Both the position numbers and the translations under genes were made by a program. Shown piece by piece: positions 60,027-64,000 of a DNA stretch of 64,000 nt (the first letter of the stretch is position 1; every line of letters starts with the position of its first letter). Source of the DNA: Candidatus Fervidifonticultor secundus. Lineage in GTDB: Bacteria > Sysuimicrobiota > Sysuimicrobiia > Sysuimicrobiales > Humicultoraceae. The notes beneath the pieces were generated by a model. It was not told where the DNA came from. It did no database searches and saw only the letters and a program-made list of their open reading frames with translations. The DNA is taken from positions 64,001-128,000 of the forward strand of contig JAVKIP010000001.1 in assembly GCA_031459385.1 (NCBI GenBank). The letters are read 5' to 3'.

Positions 60027-62200
60027 CGCGGGTGCGACGGCAGGTCCACCCGATGGCGGCGCTGCGCGCCGTCATGCCGGCTGTCGTCGCGGCGCTGGCG
60101 GCGGGTGCGGCGTGGCCCGCTCCGGCCGTCGCCCACGCGGTGCTGGAGCGCGCGTTGCCCGCGCCCGGCTCCGCGATCGCGACGCCGCCGGATCAGGTAG
60201 TGCTGGTCTTCAGCGAGCCGATCGAGCCCCGGTTCAGCGCCGCCTCGGTGCGCGATGCCCGCGGCCAGTCGGTCTCCGGACCCGCGCAGGCCGGTGACGA
60301 CGGTCGCACGCTGCTCCTGCCCCTAAGCGAGCTCCCCACGGGCATCTTCACCGTGCGGTGGCGCGTGCTGTCGGCGGTGGACGGCCACGTCACCAGCGGC
60401 GCCCATCTCTTCGGTGTCGGCGAGAGCCCCGCGCAGGGCGGCGCGGCGGCGCAGCCCAGACCCGAACTCGACCGGGTTCTGGCGCGGTGGCTCGCGCTCG
60501 CGGCCGGCCTGGTGCTTGCGGGCGCTGTCGCCGCGCGCCTCGTCGTCTTCGAGCCCGCCGCCCGCAGGCTGGCGCCGCCCCTGGCCGATCTCCTCCGCGC
60601 GCGGCTGCGCGCGGTGACGCGCGCAGCGGGTACCGGCGTCGCAGTGGTCCTGGCCGTCGACCTGCTGCACCAGGTGCACCTGGTAGCCGCACAGGCCGCA
60701 GGTTCCGCGGCGGTGGCATACGTGTGGGCCAGCCGCGCGGGCCAGGCTGCGCTGGGCGGGATTGCCGCCGCGCTGGTGGCATCCCGCGGGGCCGGGCCGC
60801 TGGCGATCGCTGGCGCCGGCGGCGTGCTGCTGGCCTTCACGGTGACCGCTCACGCGCCCGCCGCAGGTCCCCTGGCCGTCGCGGCAGACTGGCTGCACCT
60901 TGCCGGCGTGTCGGCCTGGCTCGGCGGGCTGGCGGTCCTGGTGTTCGTCGTGCGCAGGCTCGACGACGCGGCCAGAACGGACGTCGCGCGCGCCGTCGTG
61001 CGGTCCTTCTCGCGCCTGGCGGCGGCTGGCCTGCTGGTCACGGCGGGTACGGGGCTGTACGCAGCCTGGCTCCAGGTGCCGGCGCTGCGGGCCCTGGTGA
61101 CCACGACCTACGGCGTGGCTCTGCACGTCAAGGTGCTGCTGCTGATCCCGCTGCTGGCTTTTGCCGCCGTCAACCGCTTCCTGCTGCGGCCGCAGCTCGA
61201 GCGCCACGCGCACGCGGAGCTGGCACGGCGCTTCGTGCGTTCGGCCTCCGGCGAAGTGAGCGTGGCCGCGATCATCGTGCTGGCGGCCGGGGTGCTCACG
61301 ACGACGCCTCCGGCCAAGAACACGTACGACGCCGGCGTACCCACCGCAGCGCTGCTCGTCGGGCTCGCGGGCGAGACCAGGGTGCGCCTGATCGTGGCCC
61401 CCGCGCGGCCTGGCCGGAACCGGTACGAGGTCGTCCTGGACGGAGCCCGGCCCGAGGCCGCAGGGGACCTACGTGTGCTGCTGCGCCTGGTGAAGCTGGA
61501 CGAGGACCTGACGCCCACGTCTGTCGTGCTGACCCCTGCGGCCGGCGGGCAGTTCGAGGGCCAGGGCGACCACCTGGCGGCGGCGGGCTGGTGGGAGGTC
61601 GAGGTCGTGGTGCGCCGGCGAGGGCTGCCCGACGTGTCGACGTTCTTCCCCCTCGTCCTGGGCGACGGGCTGGTGGCGCAGCGCGATCCCGAGGCGATGC
61701 GGCTCCTGCAGGAAGCGCGGGAGGCACCGCTGGGCGCGTGGCGCGAGTGGGAGCAGGTTACCGACGGCGCCGGCAGCCTGGTGGTCACCCAGTACCGGCT
61801 CGCGCCGCCCGACCGGCTGCACCTGCGGTCGCGCTACGAGCTGGCGCCCACCGGCGCTACGGGCCAGACCGAGATCGTCGTGATCGGCGACCAGCGGTAC
61901 GAGCGCAGAGACAGCGGGCCGTGGACGCGCGCGACGCTGCGCCAGCCGGTGATCGCCGAGGGCCACCGCGTCTACCTGAAGATCGCCGAGCACGTCGCGC
62001 CGGGGCGCGAGGGGCGCTGCGACGACGAGCCCTGCCGCGTGGTGCTGTGGACCAACCCCGGCGGCAGCCCGGCCTTCGCGGCCTGGATCGGCCAGCGGAC
62101 CCTGCGCGTCCACCGCCTCTACATGCGCGCGCCAGCGCACTACATGACGGTGCGGCCGTCGCCGCCAGGCGAGATGCCGGCCATCACGGCGCCCAGGTGA
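60023..62200 (+). CDS. CopC-CopD fusion with additional C-terminal extracytoplasmic domains
   Basis: AVA/HAVLERALPAPG (His1), FSEPIE, WRVLSAVDGH (CopC); WLHL..S.WLGGL, FSRLA, TYG..L.VK (CopD); PARPGRN..GWW.V.V (YtkA-like); start may be ATG 60053. Confidence 0.85.
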   Translation: MTRVRRQVHPMAALRAVMPAVVAALAAGAAWPAPAVAHAVLERALPAPGSAIATPPDQVVLVFSEPIEPRFSAASVRDARGQSVSGPAQAGDDGRTLLLPLSELPTGIFTVRWRVLSAVDGHVTSGAHLFGVGESPAQGGAAAQPRPELDRVLARWLALAAGLVLAGAVAARLVVFEPAARRLAPPLADLLRARLRAVTRAAGTGVAVVLAVDLLHQVHLVAAQAAGSAAVAYVWASRAGQAALGGIAAALVASRGAGPLAIAGAGGVLLAFTVTAHAPAAGPLAVAADWLHLAGVSAWLGGLAVLVFVVRRLDDAARTDVARAVVRSFSRLAAAGLLVTAGTGLYAAWLQVPALRALVTTTYGVALHVKVLLLIPLLAFAAVNRFLLRPQLERHAHAELARRFVRSASGEVSVAAIIVLAAGVLTTTPPAKNTYDAGVPTAALLVGLAGETRVRLIVAPARPGRNRYEVVLDGARPEAAGDLRVLLRLVKLDEDLTPTSVVLTPAAGGQFEGQGDHLAAAGWWEVEVVVRRRGLPDVSTFFPLVLGDGLVAQRDPEAMRLLQEAREAPLGAWREWEQVTDGAGSLVVTQYRLAPPDRLHLRSRYELAPTGATGQTEIVVIGDQRYERRDSGPWTRATLRQPVIAEGHRVYLKIAEHVAPGREGRCDDEPCRVVLWTNPGGSPAFAAWIGQRTLRVHRLYMRAPAHYMTVRPSPPGEMPAITAPR

Positions 62201-62260
62201 CGGGCGCAATCCCCCACGCCCCGCCGCCCGCGTGCACCGGCCGTCGTCACTGCCCGGGCC

Positions 62261-63955
62261 TCACCCCGCGCCGGGCAGCCCTCGCCGCGCCATCTCCCGT
62301 GCCCGCAGCTCCGCGCGGCGGATCTTCCCGGTGGTCGTCATGGGCAGGGCGTCGAGGAACTCGACCTCCCGCGGGTACGCGTAGGCCGCCAGCCGCGTCT
62401 TCACGTGCTGCTGGATGGCGCCGGCCTGGTCGGGCGACGGCGCGTAGCCCGGGCGCAACTTCACGAACGCCTTCACGATCTGCCCGCGCACCGGGTCGGG
62501 TACGCCGATGACCGCGCACTCGGCCACGGCGGGATGGGTGAGCAGGCTGCTCTCCACCTCGGCGGGCCCGATGCGGTACGCGCCGCTCTTGATCACGTCG
62601 TCGGTGCGGCCCTCGAAGTAGAAGTAGCCGTCGTCGTCGCACCGGGCCACATCGCCGGTGCGCAGCCACTCCCCGTGGTACTTCTCGGCCGTCGCCTGGG
62701 GATGCTGCCAGTAGCCGAGGAAGACCACGGGGTCTCCCGGGCCGCGCACCGCGATCTCCCCGGGTTCCCCGGGGGCGGCGGGGGTGCCGTCGTCGCGCAG
62801 GACGATGACCTCGTGCCCCGGGAACGCCTTGCCCAGCGAGCCGGGACGCACAGGATACAGCCGCGAGCAGTTGCCGCAGACCAGGTTCGCCTCGGTCTGG
62901 CCGTAGATCTCGTGGAGCACGACGCCGGGCAGGTGCCGGTCGCGCCACTCGAGGATGACGGGGTTGACCGGCTCGCCCCCGCTCATGACGGCGCGCAGCC
63001 GCAGCGCGCCCGCCGGCGGGGCGACCTGCATGCACATCTTCAGGGCGGTGGGCGGCAGGAACGCGTGCGTCACACCGTAGGCGGCCATCAGCCGGAACGC
63101 GCGCTCGGGGTCGAACTTCGTGGTCTCGAACGCTACCACCGGACCGCCGAACCACAGCGCCGGGAACAGCAGATCGTAGGCCCCGCCGATCCAGGCCCAG
63201 TCGGCGGGCGTCCAGTACACCTCGCCGCCCTGCGGGACGAAGTCGAAGTACAGTTGCACGGACGGGAGGTGCCCCAGCAGCACCCGGTGGCCATGGATGG
63301 CGCCCTTGGGCGGGCCGGTGGTCCCCGACGTGTAGATGATGAGCGCGGGATCGTCCGGGCCTGTGGGCTCGGCCGCAAACGTGCTGGCCGCAGGCTCCAG
63401 CAGCCGGCTCCAGGGTACGTAGCGACAGGCGCCGACGCGGCCGCCCTCGGGCAGCTCGGGGAGCCGCGCGTCGTGGACCACGACGACCAGCCGCAGGTCG
63501 GGCGTCTGGTCGTGGAGCGCTGCCAGCACGGGCACGACGGTCGGGTCGGCGATGGCCGCGCGGCACCCGCTGTGCGCCAGCCGGTAGGCGAGCGCGTCGG
63601 GCCCGAACTGACGTGTCAGCGGCACGGCCACCGCCCCCAGCGTGTAGATCGCGATGTGCGCCGAGGCGGTCTCCGGGCGCTGGTGCAGGATGACCGCCAC
63701 GCGGTCGCCGCGGTCCACGCCGTGCGCCCGCAGGGCATTGGCCAGCCGGGCGGCCTCTGCGCGCAACGCGCCGTAGGTCACGGTGGCCCGCGCGCCGGCG
63801 TCCGACTCGTAGACGATGGCGACCCGGTCCGGCGCGTCCTGCGCCCACCGGGCGCAGGCGTCCAGGCCGATGTTGTAGGCGGCGGGGATCTGCCAGCGGA
63901 AGGCCCGGCGGGCCTCCTCGTAGGACCGCCCGGCGAACCACTCGTACCGGAGCAT
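62261..63955 (-). CDS. Acyl-CoA synthetase (AMP-binding)
   Basis: YTSGTTGPPKG, TPADWAWIGG, IYGQTEAN, TGD, GRTDDVIKSGAYRIGP.EVE, TTTGKI. Confidence 0.92.
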   Translation of the reverse strand: MLRYEWFAGRSYEEARRAFRWQIPAAYNIGLDACARWAQDAPDRVAIVYESDAGARATVTYGALRAEAARLANALRAHGVDRGDRVAVILHQRPETASAHIAIYTLGAVAVPLTRQFGPDALAYRLAHSGCRAAIADPTVVPVLAALHDQTPDLRLVVVVHDARLPELPEGGRVGACRYVPWSRLLEPAASTFAAEPTGPDDPALIIYTSGTTGPPKGAIHGHRVLLGHLPSVQLYFDFVPQGGEVYWTPADWAWIGGAYDLLFPALWFGGPVVAFETTKFDPERAFRLMAAYGVTHAFLPPTALKMCMQVAPPAGALRLRAVMSGGEPVNPVILEWRDRHLPGVVLHEIYGQTEANLVCGNCSRLYPVRPGSLGKAFPGHEVIVLRDDGTPAAPGEPGEIAVRGPGDPVVFLGYWQHPQATAEKYHGEWLRTGDVARCDDDGYFYFEGRTDDVIKSGAYRIGPAEVESSLLTHPAVAECAVIGVPDPVRGQIVKAFVKLRPGYAPSPDQAGAIQQHVKTRLAAYAYPREVEFLDALPMTTTGKIRRAELRAREMARRGLPGAG

Positions 63956-64000
63956 GCGGCGGTCGGTCTCAGCCGTGCAGGGGGGTGCCTGCCGCCGTGC

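Overview
Very GC-rich bacterial chromosomal window with no phage, IS, CRISPR, rRNA or tRNA detected. The style (T-box leaders, many Tat-exported solute-binding proteins, dense ABC clusters) suggests a high-GC Terrabacteria lineage such as Armatimonadota/CSP1-3-like; this is inference only. Contents in order: end of an osmoprotectant ABC ATPase; a peptide ABC cassette with two tandem paralogous Tat SBPs; a Trp-specifier T-box leading aroF-tyrA-trpEGDC-trpS-trpFBA, followed by two Nudix genes and an Ogg glycosylase; a large aromatic/tryptophan catabolic region (LIV-type ABC importer, two paralogous anthraniloyl/salicylyl-CoA monooxygenase-reductase genes, aminotransferase, amidase, kynA, PaaK-like ligase plus a 68-aa partner, acyl-CoA dehydrogenase, RidA, enoyl-CoA hydratase, LLM oxidoreductase); a sugar ABC cassette; a selenocysteine-containing selD (in-frame UGA plus SECIS-like hairpin, truncated in the ORF track) divergent from archease; amtB-glnK with a structured repeated-hairpin leader; a lower-GC peptidase/peptide-ABC cassette; a Ser-specifier T-box leading class V aminotransferase-serA-serS; and a permease-less extracytoplasmic module (Tat SBP, apparently circularly permuted family-5 SBP-like protein, CopC-CopD multidomain fusion). 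Many start codons were re-called from RBS and stop/start overlaps because the ORF track over-extends them.
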